A stretch of 64,000 nt of DNA. Source: Squalus acanthias. Its lineage: Eukaryota. A program made the position numbers and the translations under genes. The notes below the pieces were generated by a model. That model worked only from the letters and a program-made list of their open reading frames with translations. It had not been told where the DNA came from and made no database searches. Shown here piece by piece: positions 10,883-21,465 of the stretch (the stretch's first letter is position 1; the number at the start of each line of letters is the position of its first letter). The DNA is taken from positions 106,394,001-106,458,000 of the forward strand of contig CM059432.1 in assembly GCA_030390025.1 (NCBI GenBank), read 5' to 3'.

Positions 10883-13717
10883 CATACTGAGACTTTACGG
10901 TATTTGTCAGCAAGCTATGCAACCATGGGGATCGTCACAGCTAGTCATACTCCTTTTCTCACCTGATATGCCAAAACATGTACTTTCCAGCAAGACCCGG
11001 GAACGATAGCGTAGTGGTAATGTCACTGGGCTAGTAATCCAGAGGCCTGGACTAATGATCCGGAGATGTTAGTTCAAATCCCACCACAACAGCAGGGGAA
11101 TTTAAATTCAGGTTAATTAAAATAAATCTGGAATAAAAAGCTAGCATCAGTAATGGTAAGCATGAAACTATCGGATTGTTGTAAAAAGCCATCTGGTTCA
11201 CTAATGGCCTTTAGGGAAGGAAATCTGCCGTCCTGGCCTATATGTGACTCCAAGCCCACAAGGGTACAGAATGTGGTTGACACTTAACTGCCCTCTGAAA
11301 TGGCCTTGCAAACCACTCAGTTGTAACAAATCGCTACGAAACAAAATAAGAAGAAAGAAACTGGACAGACCACCCGGCATCGACCTCGGCACCGGCTATG
11401 GACACGACAACGGCACGCCCAGTCAAAGCTGCAATGTCCTTACCAACATCTGGAGACTTGTGCCAAAATTAGGAGAGTTGACCCAGAGACTGGTCAAGCA
11501 ACAGCCTAACATAGTCATACTCATAGAATCATACCTTACAGCCAATGTCCCAAACTGCTCCATCACCACCACCTGTATGGCCTGTCCCACTAGCAGGACA
11601 GACCCACCAGGGGTGGTGGCACAGTGGTATACAGTTGGGAAGGAGTGGCCCTGGGAGTCCTCAACGTTGACTCCGGACCCCATGAAGTCTCATAGCTTCA
11701 GGTCAAGCTCCTGCTGCTGATTACCACTTACCGCCCTCCCTCAGCTGATGAATCAGTACTCCTCCATGTTGAACACCACTTGGAAGAAGCACTGAGGGTA
11801 GCAAGGACACAGACTGTAGTCTGGGTGGGGGACTTCAATGTCCATCGCCAAGATTGGCTCGGTAGCACCACCACTGGTCGAGTCCTGAAGGACATAACTG
11901 CTAGTCTGGGCCTGCGACAGGTGGTGAGAGAACCAACACGAGGGGAAAAACCTACTTGTCCTCACCAATCTATCTGTCGCAGATGCATCTGTCCATGACA
12001 GCATTGGTAGCAAGTCATTGTGGAGATGAAGTCCCATCTTCACACTGAGGACACCCTCCATCATGTTGTGTGGCACTACCACAGTGCTAAATGGAACAGA
12101 TCTAACAGCTCAAAACTGGGCATCCATGAGGCGCTGTGGGGCAGCAGCAGAATTGTATTCCGGCATTTCCCTCACTCTACCATTACCATCAAGCCAGGGG
12201 ACCAACCCTGGTTCAATAAGGAGTGTACAGGAGCAGCACCAGGTGTACATAAAAATGAGGTGCCAGCCTGGGGAAGCAGCAACATAGGACTACATGCATG
12301 CTAAAAAGCGGAAGCAGCATGCTATAGAGAGGGCTAAGCGATCCCACAATCAATGGAGCATATCAAAGCTCTGCAGTCCTGCCACATCCAGTCGTGAATG
12401 GTGGTGGACCATTAAACAACTAACGGGAGGGGAATGATGGTGGAGCCCAGCACGTGAGTGCAAAAGACAAGGCTGAAACGTTTGCAACCATCTTCAGCCA
12501 GAAGTGCCGAGTGGATGATCCATACAGGCGTCCTCCATCATCACAGAAGCCAGTCTTCAGCCAATTCGATTCACTCCACGTGATATCAAGAAATGGCTCA
12601 GCGCACTGGATACAGCAAAGGCTATGGGCCCCGACAACATCCCGGCTGTCGTGCTCCAGAACTATCCGCACCTCTAGCCAAGCTGTTCCAGTACAGCTAC
12701 AACACAGGCATCCATCCGACAATGTGGAAAACTGCCCAGTTATGTCCTGTCCACAAAAAGCAGGACAAATCCAATCCAGCCAATTACCGCCCCATCAGTC
12801 TACTCTCAATCATCAGCAAAGTGATGGAAGGTGTCATCGACAGCGCTATCAAGCAGCACTTACTCACCAATAACCTGCTCACTGATGCCCAGTTTGGGTT
12901 CCGCCAAGACCACTCTGCTCCTGACCTCATTACAGCCTTGGTCCAAACATGGACAAAGGAGCTGAATTCCAGAGGTGAGGTGAGAGCGACTGCCCTTGAC
13001 ATCAAGGCAGCATTTGACCGAGTCTGGCATCAAGCAGCCCTAATAAAACGGGAATCGGAGGGGGGGGGGGAACTCTCCACTGGCTGGAGTCATACTTAGC
13101 ACAAAGGAAGATGGTTGTGGTGATTGAAGGTCAATCATCACAGCCCCAGGACATCGCTGCAGGAGTTCCTCAAGGCAGTGTCCTAGGCCCAACCATCTTC
13201 AGCTGCTTCATCAATGACCGTCCCTCCAACATAAGGTCAGAAATGGGGCTGTTCGCTGATGACTGCACAGTGTTCAGTGCCATTCACAACTCCTCAGATA
13301 ATGAAGCAGTCCATGCCCGCACGCAACAAGACCTGGACGACGTTCAGGCTTGGGCTGATAAGTGGTAGGTAACATTCGCGCCACAGAAGTGCCAGGCAAT
13401 GACTATCTCCAACAAGCGAGAGTCTAACCACCGCCCCTTGACATTCAATGGCATTACCATCAGCAAATCCCCCACCATCAACATCCTGGGCGTCACCATT
13501 AACCAGAAACTTAACTGGACCAGCCACATAAATACTGTGGCAACAAGAGCAGGTCAGAGGCTAGGTATTCTACGGTGAGTGTCTCACCTCCTGACTCCCC
13601 AAAGCCTTTCCACCATCTACAAGGCACAAGTAAGGAGTGTGATGGAATACTCTCCACTTGCATGGATGAGTGCAGCTCCAACAACACTCAAGAAGCTCGA
13701 CACCATCCAGGACAAAG

Positions 13718-16700
13718 CATAGAAGATAGGAGCAGGAGTAGGCCATTCGGCCCCTCGAGCCTGCTCCGCCATTTAATGAGATCATGGCTGATCATCCAAA
13801 TTCAGTACCCTGTCCCTGCTTTCTCCCCATATCCCTTGATCCCTTTAGCCTTAAGAAATATATCTATCTCCTTCTTGACTATATTTAATGAATTGGCCTC
13901 AACTGCCTTCTGTGGTAGAGAATTCCACAGGTTCACCACTCTCTAGGGTGAAAAATTCCTCCTCATCTCAGTCCTAAATGGCTTACCTCTTATCCTTAGA
14001 CTGTGACCTCTGGTTCTGGACTCCCCCGCCATCGGGAACATCCTTCCTGCATCTAGTCTTTCTAATCCTGTTAGAATTTTATAAGTTTCAATGAGATCCC
14101 CTCTCATTCTTCTAAACGCTAGTGAATATAAGCTTAATCGACCCAATCTCTCTTCATACGTCATTCCTGCCATCCCAGGTATCAGTCTGGTAAATCTTCG
14201 CTGCACTCCCTCCATGGCAAGAACATCCTTCCTCAGATAAGGCGACCAAAACTGCACACAATACTCAAGGTGTGGTCTCACCAAGGCCTTGTACAACTGC
14301 AGCAAGACATCCTTACTCCTGTACTCGAATCCTCTCGCTATGAAGGCCAACATACCATTTGCCTTCTTAACCACCTGCTGCACCTGCATGCTTACCTTCA
14401 GCGACTGGTGCACAAGGACTCCCAGATCTCGTTGCACTTCCCCTTTTCCCAATCTATTGCCGTTCAGATAATAATCTGTCTTCCTGTTTTTGCCACCAAA
14501 GTGGATAACCTCGCATTTATCGACATTATACTGCATCTGCCATGCATCTGCACAATCACCCAACCTGTCCAAATCATACTGGAGTTTCTCTGCATCCTCC
14601 TCACAGCACACACTCCCACCCAGCTTTGTGTCGTCTGCAAACTTAGAGATATTACATCTAGTTCCCTCGTCTAGATCATTAATATATATTGTGAATAGCT
14701 GGGGTCCTAGCACCGATCCCTGCGGTACCCCACTAGTCACTGCCTGCCACTCGGAAAAAGACCCGTTTATTCCAACTCTTTGCTTCCTGTCTGCCAACCA
14801 GTTCTCTATCCAAATCAGTACCTTACCCCCAATCCCATGTGCTTTAACTTTGCACGCTAATCTCTTATGCGGGACCTTATCGAAAGCCTTCTGAAAGTCC
14901 AAATACACCACATCCACTGTTTCTCCCTTATCTATTCTACCAGTTACATCCTCAAAAAATTCCAGTAGATTAGTCAGGCATGATTTACCTTTTGTAAATC
15001 CATGTTGACTTTGTCCGATCCTGTCACTGTTTTCCAAGTGCTCTGCTATTACATCTTTTATAATGGACTCTCGCATTTTGCCCACTACTGATGTCAGGCT
15101 ATAGTTCCCCGTTTTTTCTCTACCACCTTTTTTAAATAGTGGGGTTACACTAGCTACCCTCCAATCCATGGGAACTGTTCCAGAGTCTGTAGAATTTTGA
15201 AAGATGACCAACAATGCATCTACTATTTCTAGGGCCACTTCCTTAAGTACCCTAGGATGTAGATTATCAGGCCCTGGGGCTTTATCGGCCTTCAATCCCG
15301 TCAATTTCCCTAACACCATTTCCCTACAAATACTGATTTCATTCAATTCCTCCCTCTCATTAGACCCTATGTTCCCCGACATCTCTGGGAGTTTATTTGT
15401 GTCCTCCTTTGTGAAGACAGAACCAAAGTATGTATTTAATTGGTCTGCCATTTCTTTGTTCCCCATTATAAATTCCCCTGATTCTGACTGCAAGGGACCT
15501 ACGCTTGACTTCACCAATCTTTTTCTCTTCACATATCTATAGAAGCTTTTACAGTCAGCTTTTATGTTCCCTGCGAGCTTACTCTCATATTCTATTTTCC
15601 CCCTCTTAATTAATCCCTTTGTCCTCCTTTGCTGAATCCTAAACTGTTCCCAATCCTCAGGTTTTCTGCTTTTTCTGGCCAATTTATATGTCCTCTCCTT
15701 GGATCTTATGCTAGCCCTAATTTCCCTTGTTAGCCACAGTTGAGTCACCTTTTTTGTTTTATTTTTATGCCAAACAGGGATGAACAAATTCTGTAGTTCA
15801 TTCATGCGATCTTTAAATGTTTGCCATTGGCTATCCACCTTCAACCCTTTAAGTAACGCTCCCCAATCCATCCTAGCCAACTCGCGCCTCATACTATCGT
15901 AGTTTCCTTTATTTAAATTCAGGACCCTAGTCTCTGAGTCAACTACTTCACTCTCCATCTCAATGAAGAATTCTATCATATTATGATCGCTCCTCCCCAA
16001 GGGGCCTCGCACAACAAGATTGCTAATCAATCCTTTCTCATTACATAATATCCAGTCTAAGATGACCCAATCTCTAGTTGGTTCCTCGACATATTGGTCC
16101 AGGAAACCATCCCGTATACACTCTAGGAATTCCTCCTCCACAGTATTGTTACTAATTTGTTTAGCCCAATCTATATGTAGATTAAAGTCACCCATGATAA
16201 CTGCTGTGCCCTTATTGCATGCATCTCTAATTTCCCATTTAATGCCATCCCCTACCTCAGCATTACTGTTTCGGGGTCTGTATACAACTCCCACTAACGT
16301 TTTCTGCCCCTTGGTATTTCTCAGCTCTACCCATACAGATTCCACATCATCAGAGCTAATATCCTTCCTTACTATTGTGTTAATCTCCTCTTTAACCAGC
16401 AATGCTACCCCACCTCCTTTTCCTTTTTGTCTGTCCTTCCTGAATATTGAATACCCCTGGATGTTGAATTCCCAGCCTTGGTCACCCTGGAGCCATGTCT
16501 CCGTAATCCCAATTATATCATATCCGTTTACATCTATTTGCACAGCTAATTCATCCACCTTATTACGAATGCTCCTTGCATTAAGACACAAAGCCTTCAG
16601 GCTTGTTTTTCTTAACACTCTTAGTCCTTTTAGAATTATTATTTACTGTAGCCCTGTTTGATTTACACCCTTGATTTCTCTGCCTTCCACTTTTGCTTTT

Positions 16701-17064
16701 CTCCTGCCTGTCTTTTGCTTCTATCCTTGCTTCCCTTTCCTCTGTTTCCCTGCACAGGTTCCCAACCCCCTGGCATTTTAGTTTAAACCCTCCCCAACAG
16801 CACTAGCAAACACTCCCCCTAGGACATCGGTCCCGGTCCTGCCCAGGTGCAAACCGTCCAGTTTGTACTGGTCCCACCTCCCCCAGAACCGGTTCCAATG
16901 TCCCAGGAATTTGAATCCCTCCCCCTTGCACCATTCCTCTAGCCACGTATTCATCTGAAATATCCTTCTATTTCTACTCTGACTAGCACGTGGCACTGGT
17001 AGCAATCCTGAGATTACTACCTTTGAGGTCCTGTTTTTTAATTTACCTCCTAACTCCCTATATT
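13718..17064 (-). mobile_element. Young 5'-truncated CR1 LINE
   Basis: ORF1 C-terminus (SGNH esterase-like VVISGLLP..DGLHL, 16778-17064), ORF2 and CR1 3' tail. Confidence 0.95.
13943..16618 (-). CDS. CR1 ORF2 (APE endonuclease + reverse transcriptase), near intact
   Basis: 891 aa with NARS, ITETW, GDFN, SDH, QHGF, DFQKAFD, PQGSVLGP and FADD. There is a small deletion (GNY-SLTS lacks RPV) and a frameshift near the C-terminus. Confidence 0.93.
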   Translation of the reverse strand: MLRKTSLKALCLNARSIRNKVDELAVQIDVNGYDIIGITETWLQGDQGWEFNIQGYSIFRKDRQKGKGGGVALLVKEEINTIVRKDISSDDVESVWVELRNTKGQKTLVGVVYRPRNSNAEVGDGIKWEIRDACNKGTAVIMGDFNLHIDWAKQISNNTVEEEFLECIRDGFLDQYVEEPTRDWVILDWILCNEKGLISNLVVRGPLGRSDHNMIEFFIEMESEVVDSETRVLNLNKGNYDSMRRELARMDWGALLKGLKVDSQWQTFKDRMNELQNLFIPVWHKNKTKKVTQLWLTREIRASIRSKERTYKLARKSRKPEDWEQFRIQQRRTKGLIKRGKIEYESKLAGNIKADCKSFYRYVKRKRLVKSSVGPLQSESGEFIMGNKEMADQLNTYFGSVFTKEDTNKLPEMSGNIGSNEREELNEISICREMVLGKLTGLKADKAPGPDNLHPRVLKEVALEIVDALLVIFQNSTDSGTVPMDWRVASVTPLFKKGGREKTGNYSLTSVVGKMRESIIKDVIAEHLENSDRIGQSQHGFTKGKSCLTNLLEFFEDVTGRIDKGETVDVVYLDFQKAFDKVPHKRLACKVKAHGIGGKVLIWIENWLADRKQRVGINGSFSEWQAVTSGVPQGSVLGPQLFTIYINDLDEGTRCNISKFADDTKLGGSVCCEEDAEKLQYDLDRLGDCADAWQMQYNVDKCEVIHFGGKNRKTDYYLNGNRLGKGEVQRDLGVLVHQSLKVSMQVQQVVKKANGMLAFIARGFEYRSKDVLLQLYKALVRPHLEYCVQFWSPYLRKDVLAMEGVQRRFTRLIPGMAGMTYEERLGRLSLYSLAFRRMRGDLIETYKILTGLERLDAGRMFPMAGESRTRGHSLRIRGKPFRTEMRRNFSP

Positions 17065-17486
17065 CAGCCCGCTTGATGGGCACCCCATCCACCACCTTAA
17101 ACATTCACTCCCTCCACCACCGGCGTACCGTGGCTGCAGTGTGTACCATCTACAAGATGCACTGCAGCAACTCACCAAGGCTTCTTCGGCAGCACCTCCC
17201 AAACCCGCGACCTCTTCCACCTAGAAGAACAAGGGCAGCAGGTGCATGGGAACACCACCACCTCCAAGTTCCCCTCCAAGTCACACACCATCCTGACTTA
17301 GAAGTATATCGCCGATCCTTAATCGTCGCTTGGTCAAAATCCTGGAATTCCCTACCTAACAGCACTGTGGGAATACCATCACCACACGGACTGCAGCGGT
17401 TCAAGAAGGCGGCTCACCACCACCTTCTCAAGGGCAACTAGGGATGGGCAATAAATGCTGGCATTGCCAGCGACACCCAGATCCCA

Positions 17487-17980
17487 TGAACGAATAAAAA
17501 AAAAAGCAGTCCATTTGATTAATACCTCATCCACTAGCTAATCATCCACCCCCTCCACTACCGCATACCATGGCTGTTCCACAACCAGTGGGCACCGCAG
17601 GAACTGGAGGGCACAGTGGATAGTGTAAATAATATGATTATTTAAGTTATATAGTTATATTATTTATTTCTTCGTCAGCAAATCCCAACCCCACAACCTC
17701 CACCAACCAGAAGGTCAAGGGCAGCAGGTGCATGGGAACACCACCACCTCCAAGTTTCCCTCCCAAGTCACACATAATCCTGACTTGGACATATATTGTC
17801 GTTCCTTCATTGTTGCTGAATAAAAATCTTGGCGCTTCCTACCTAATGGGATTCTGGGAGCGCCTTCAGTAGACGGATTGCAGCAGTTCAAGAAGAAGGC
17901 CCACCACCATCTTCTCAAGGACAACTAGGGATGGGCAATAAATGCCGGCCTTGCCAGCATCCCACATTCCAAAAATGAAT
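17487..17980 (+). mobile_element. Older 3' fragment of the Zenon-like LINE
   Basis: Homologous to 17065-17480 (CAGCAGTTCAAGAAGAAGGCCCACCACCATCTTCTCAAGG tail). Confidence 0.75.
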
Positions 17981-18423
17981 AAAGATAAACATTGAATCAG
18001 AAGAAGATACAGGGCTATAAGTCCCACAGAGCTATACAGAGCTGTGTGCACAGAGTTGGGAGAATCTGCTAAATGGAGTGACTTGTTAAACTGAATGGCA
18101 ATGGGAATTTGGTGAGAATGGGAATTCGGTGCAGAGGGGGAAGGAGGTGCTAAGTACTTTAAACCAAGAGGCAAAAGTAAATATATAAATAATCAGAGTA
18201 ATTAATTAGATCTAAGGGGATAAAATTAAAATTAACTAAGTAGAGGATACCAATATTAAATATTGCATTAAATAAAAATCTGGTAAACATAAATAATTGA
18301 ATAATAAATAGGAGTAAGGGGATACTAAATTTAAAACACATATATACAACATAAGTAGATAGATTTCCCAGCAAAATGATGGGATAGCTGAGACCCGTTG
18401 CCTATAATTCCTGTGCCATGTGG

Positions 18424-19326
18424 TGTTAGCTTGTAGAGATTACGAATCTCTTTTAAATGATCAGAATCAACTGCAAACCAATATGGTGGGAATATTGTGT
18501 TTAATCAGAGTTTAAGATAGAATATAACCCACTAGTTATACAGCAAAAACATACGACCATGACAAGCAGTTGGTACCGGTCCCAATTGGACAGACGGCTG
18601 GTGTGCGCAAACAGTTCTCCAACTTCCAACCTTTCTTCCCCTCGTCGAGAACCTCCAAGAATGGGTTGAGTCTGCTCCCGGAAGAGTGTTAGACCGTAAG
18701 TCAGGGGCCGCTCCCGAAGATCGTGGTTGGGGCGCGAGGGGGGCGCTGCGCACAGCGATGATGCCATTGCCGGCGGCGCAGCACCGCGGGGCGCTACCGG
18801 TTAGCGCCACCACTAACCTCCCGCTGAATTTTGCAGGAGGCGTGGGTGGCGCCGTGCCCGGGCGCTAGTTGCTTTGCGCCCCGTTAGCGCAAAGCAACCC
18901 AATTTTCCACCCTATGTCTTTTATACGAATTAACTTTTAATTATCTTCGCAAGCAGTTCTATTAAGCTAACTCTGATTCCTACCTTAGTATTATAACATG
19001 GTTATTAGTAATGATAGAAAAAACGTAGGCATTGGGCCTTAGTTGGTCAATTAGAGATACAGAAACAAAGTTGAAATCCTAACTGGAGAACAACAAATAG
19101 CTAGCTTGAAAGCAAGATTATTTATGACCGTCACACTACAGAATGCTATAACATCCGCAGAGAACCAAAACACAAGCAGATTCTAAGCATCTATCCAGTT
19201 ATTCTAATACTAGTCTGAAGAGGCTTTTTGTCTCCAGTTCTAATACCATCATGTAAACACAACATTATTCGCATCACAATTTTATCCGCAGAACCATATA
19301 CATTTTGACCACACTGATTTCTAACA
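18424..19326. mobile_element. Solo LTR (Gypsy or ERV type) containing a Harbinger MITE
   Basis: Termini TGTTAG...CTAACA with 4-bp TSD GTGG at 18420-18423 and 19327-19330. Removing it restores CR1 ORF1 ATG TGG GAA (MWE). Confidence 0.85.
18485..18912 (-). mobile_element. Harbinger-derived MITE
   Basis: TSD TAT/TAT and imperfect TIRs. The right end in reverse complement (GGGTGGAAAATTGGGTTGCTTTGCGC..GCAAAGCAACTAGCGCCCGGGC) is homologous to the left end of the element at 19463. Confidence 0.7.
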
Positions 19327-20072
19327 GTGGGAAATCCAGGACGCTTCATGTATTCTGGATAACCACGTGTGCAGGAAGTGCTTCCAGTTGCTCGAACTCG
19401 AGCTCAGGGTAACTGAGCTTGAGGAGCGGCTGGAGTCAATTCAGGGCATAAGGGAAGCTGAGGGGGAAAAATTCAGTTGCTTTGCGCCTCCCGTTAGCGG
19501 CCTAAGAGGGCGCTAATGGGATGCAAAGCAACGAGCGCCCGGGCTAGGCAATGTTTGCACTGCTCGCGAAATTGCCCAGAGTTTTTCTGGCGGCGCAAAA
19601 GTCTACCGCCCCAATCTCCTGCGTCCGCAGATCGTAACGTTAGTCGAGCGTGCAACGCCCCGGTGGCGCCCCGGACTGGATATTGAGTGGCGCCCCCCTC
19701 CTTTCCGCCTGCCGCAAGCAACGACAGGGAGACTGGAACGTTTTCCAGTCGGTGAGGGACTGCGGGGGGGGGGGGGGGGCGCTATTTAAAGGCGGCCTCT
19801 TCCTGGCTTTTTCTGTGGTCGACATTTTTGCACCACTCATTCTGACAGAGAGAGAGAGAATCTGAGAGAGAGAGAGAGAGGGAGAGACTTCTGCATAGAG
19901 TCAACGCTGTGTGAAGTAGTTTTTGCTACTGAGCATCACTTTGCAGGTTCTTTTGGATTTGACCTTCATTACTTCGATTGTCAAGAGGCTATAGGGAGCT
20001 GCACTGATTCGGGGCGTCGTCCTGCGCCTGCAGAATCGGAGGCAACAGAGACGCAGAGAGAGAGTGGCAATC

Positions 20073-21155
20073 ATGGCCAGACGGAGGAGGGCCAACAGGC
20101 CTCTGCACAGGAGACCTTACCCTCCCAGGGTATTCCGAAAACAATTCTCCTACATTCATTTGTCTGAGGAGCAATGTTTGCGCAGGCTGCGCTTCAGAAA
20201 GGAGGTGGTCACTGAGCTCTGCCACCTGCTGCAGCCAGATCTGCAGCCTCAACTGAGGACCAGGACGTCTCTGTCGGTGGCAGTGAAGGTCACAGTGGCT
20301 CTGAATTTTTATGCCACCGGCTCCTTTCAAGCAGCTACTGGGGACATCGCCAATATCTCCCAGTTCGCGGTCCATTGCTGTATCCGGCAGGTCATAAATG
20401 CTCTCTATAAAAGGAGACGCCAGTACATCTCTTTCCCGATGACCCGGGCCAAACAGCATGAACGCACATTGGGCTTTGTGAGGATAGCGGGCTTCCCCAT
20501 GGTGCAGGGCGCCATTGACTGCACGCATGTGGCATTGCGGGCACCACATGAGAATGCAGAGGTTTTCCGAAACCGCAAGGGGTTCCACTCCTTAAATGTC
20601 CAGTTGGTCTGTGACCACAGACAGCTGATACTCGCTGTCAATGCCCGCTATCCTGGCAGCAGCCACGATGCTTTCATCCTACGCCAGACTGGTGTGCCAG
20701 AGCTTTTCCAGACAGCGCATCAGCCAAGTGGTTGGCTCCTCGGGGACAAGGGTTATCCACTCTGCACCTGGCTGATGACACCGCTCCGTAACCCCAACAC
20801 CCTTGCTGAGCTGCGGTACAATGAGAGCCATCTCGCCACCAGGAACATCATTGAGCAGATGATCAGCGTGCTCAAGCAACGGTTCCGCTGTCTGGACCAC
20901 TCAGGAGGAGCCCTGCAGTACTCGCCTGAGCGAGTCTCCCTCTTCATAGTTATGTGCTGCATTCTTCATAACCTGGCAATCCTCAGGACCCAGCCAATGC
21001 CACCAGGCCTTGGTGCACCACCGGAGGAGGAGGAGGAGGAAGAGGAGGAGGAAGAGGAGGAGGATGATCAGCAGCAGCACCAAGGCGGGAGGGAGGCCCA
21101 CAATGTTGAAACTGCAAGGGCCGTCCGTCAACGACTGATAACAAGCCGCTTCTAG
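20073..21155 (+). CDS. Harbinger DDE transposase (HARBI1-like)
   Basis: GAIDCTHV, NRKGFHSLNVQLVCD, YPGSSHDAFIL, LLGDKGYP, RNIIE..LKQRFRCL and CCILHN, with no stops. First ATG is at 20073 and the frame is open from 19995. Confidence 0.93.
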   Translation: MARRRRANRPLHRRPYPPRVFRKQFSYIHLSEEQCLRRLRFRKEVVTELCHLLQPDLQPQLRTRTSLSVAVKVTVALNFYATGSFQAATGDIANISQFAVHCCIRQVINALYKRRRQYISFPMTRAKQHERTLGFVRIAGFPMVQGAIDCTHVALRAPHENAEVFRNRKGFHSLNVQLVCDHRQLILAVNARYPGSSHDAFILRQTGVPELFQTAHQPSGWLLGDKGYPLCTWLMTPLRNPNTLAELRYNESHLATRNIIEQMISVLKQRFRCLDHSGGALQYSPERVSLFIVMCCILHNLAILRTQPMPPGLGAPPEEEEEEEEEEEEEDDQQQHQGGREAHNVETARAVRQRLITSRF

Positions 21156-21465
21156 GCCCTTACTCAGGAAATGGCTTCAGGCATGGAGAACAACATGATG
21201 GAAAGCAACCCGCAACCCCAAAGCCGGCCAAGGCAGCAATGATTCCACAGGACAAACCTGTACATTTTGAATACAAAATTTTTTTATTTTACAAACTCTG
21301 TGTGTGTCATTTCTTCATGACAAACTAATAGAAACAAACACAAAAAATCATTAATTAACAGAACTGGTTCTCACAACCTGGAGATAATGGCCAAAACACT
21401 AAACAAAAGTTTTAACACGAACTTTGGCCTTTAATAAAAACATTCCCAACATTTCATCAGACCTC

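Larger units (their letters stand above)
10997..17486 (+). mobile_element. Full-length, frameshifted single-ORF LINE (Zenon-like CR1 group) with tRNA-derived head, split by a CR1 at 13718-17064
   Basis: A box TAGCGTAGTGG 11007-11017 and B box GTTCAAATCC 11072-11081. APE motifs (GDFNVH) and RT motifs (NYRPISLLS, QFGFR, LDIKAAFDRVWH, GVPQGSVLGP, FADD). C-terminus FKKAAHHHLLKGN and poly-A at ~17476-17485. No ORF1 seen. Confidence 0.85.

Noticed and set aside
11000..11090. Functional tRNA gene (also 8940-9010 and 61380-61448)
   Set aside because: No complete cloverleaf or terminator. These heads continue into LINE or SINE bodies.
14270..16661. Plus-strand ORFs of 112-213 aa opposite CR1 ORF2, and similar shadow ORFs elsewhere
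   Set aside because: Antisense shadows of TE coding sequence with no independent motifs.
20064..21155. Domesticated HARBI1 gene
   Set aside because: Lies within TIRs and a TSD, is paired with a Myb gene and is inserted in a CR1, so it is a transposon.
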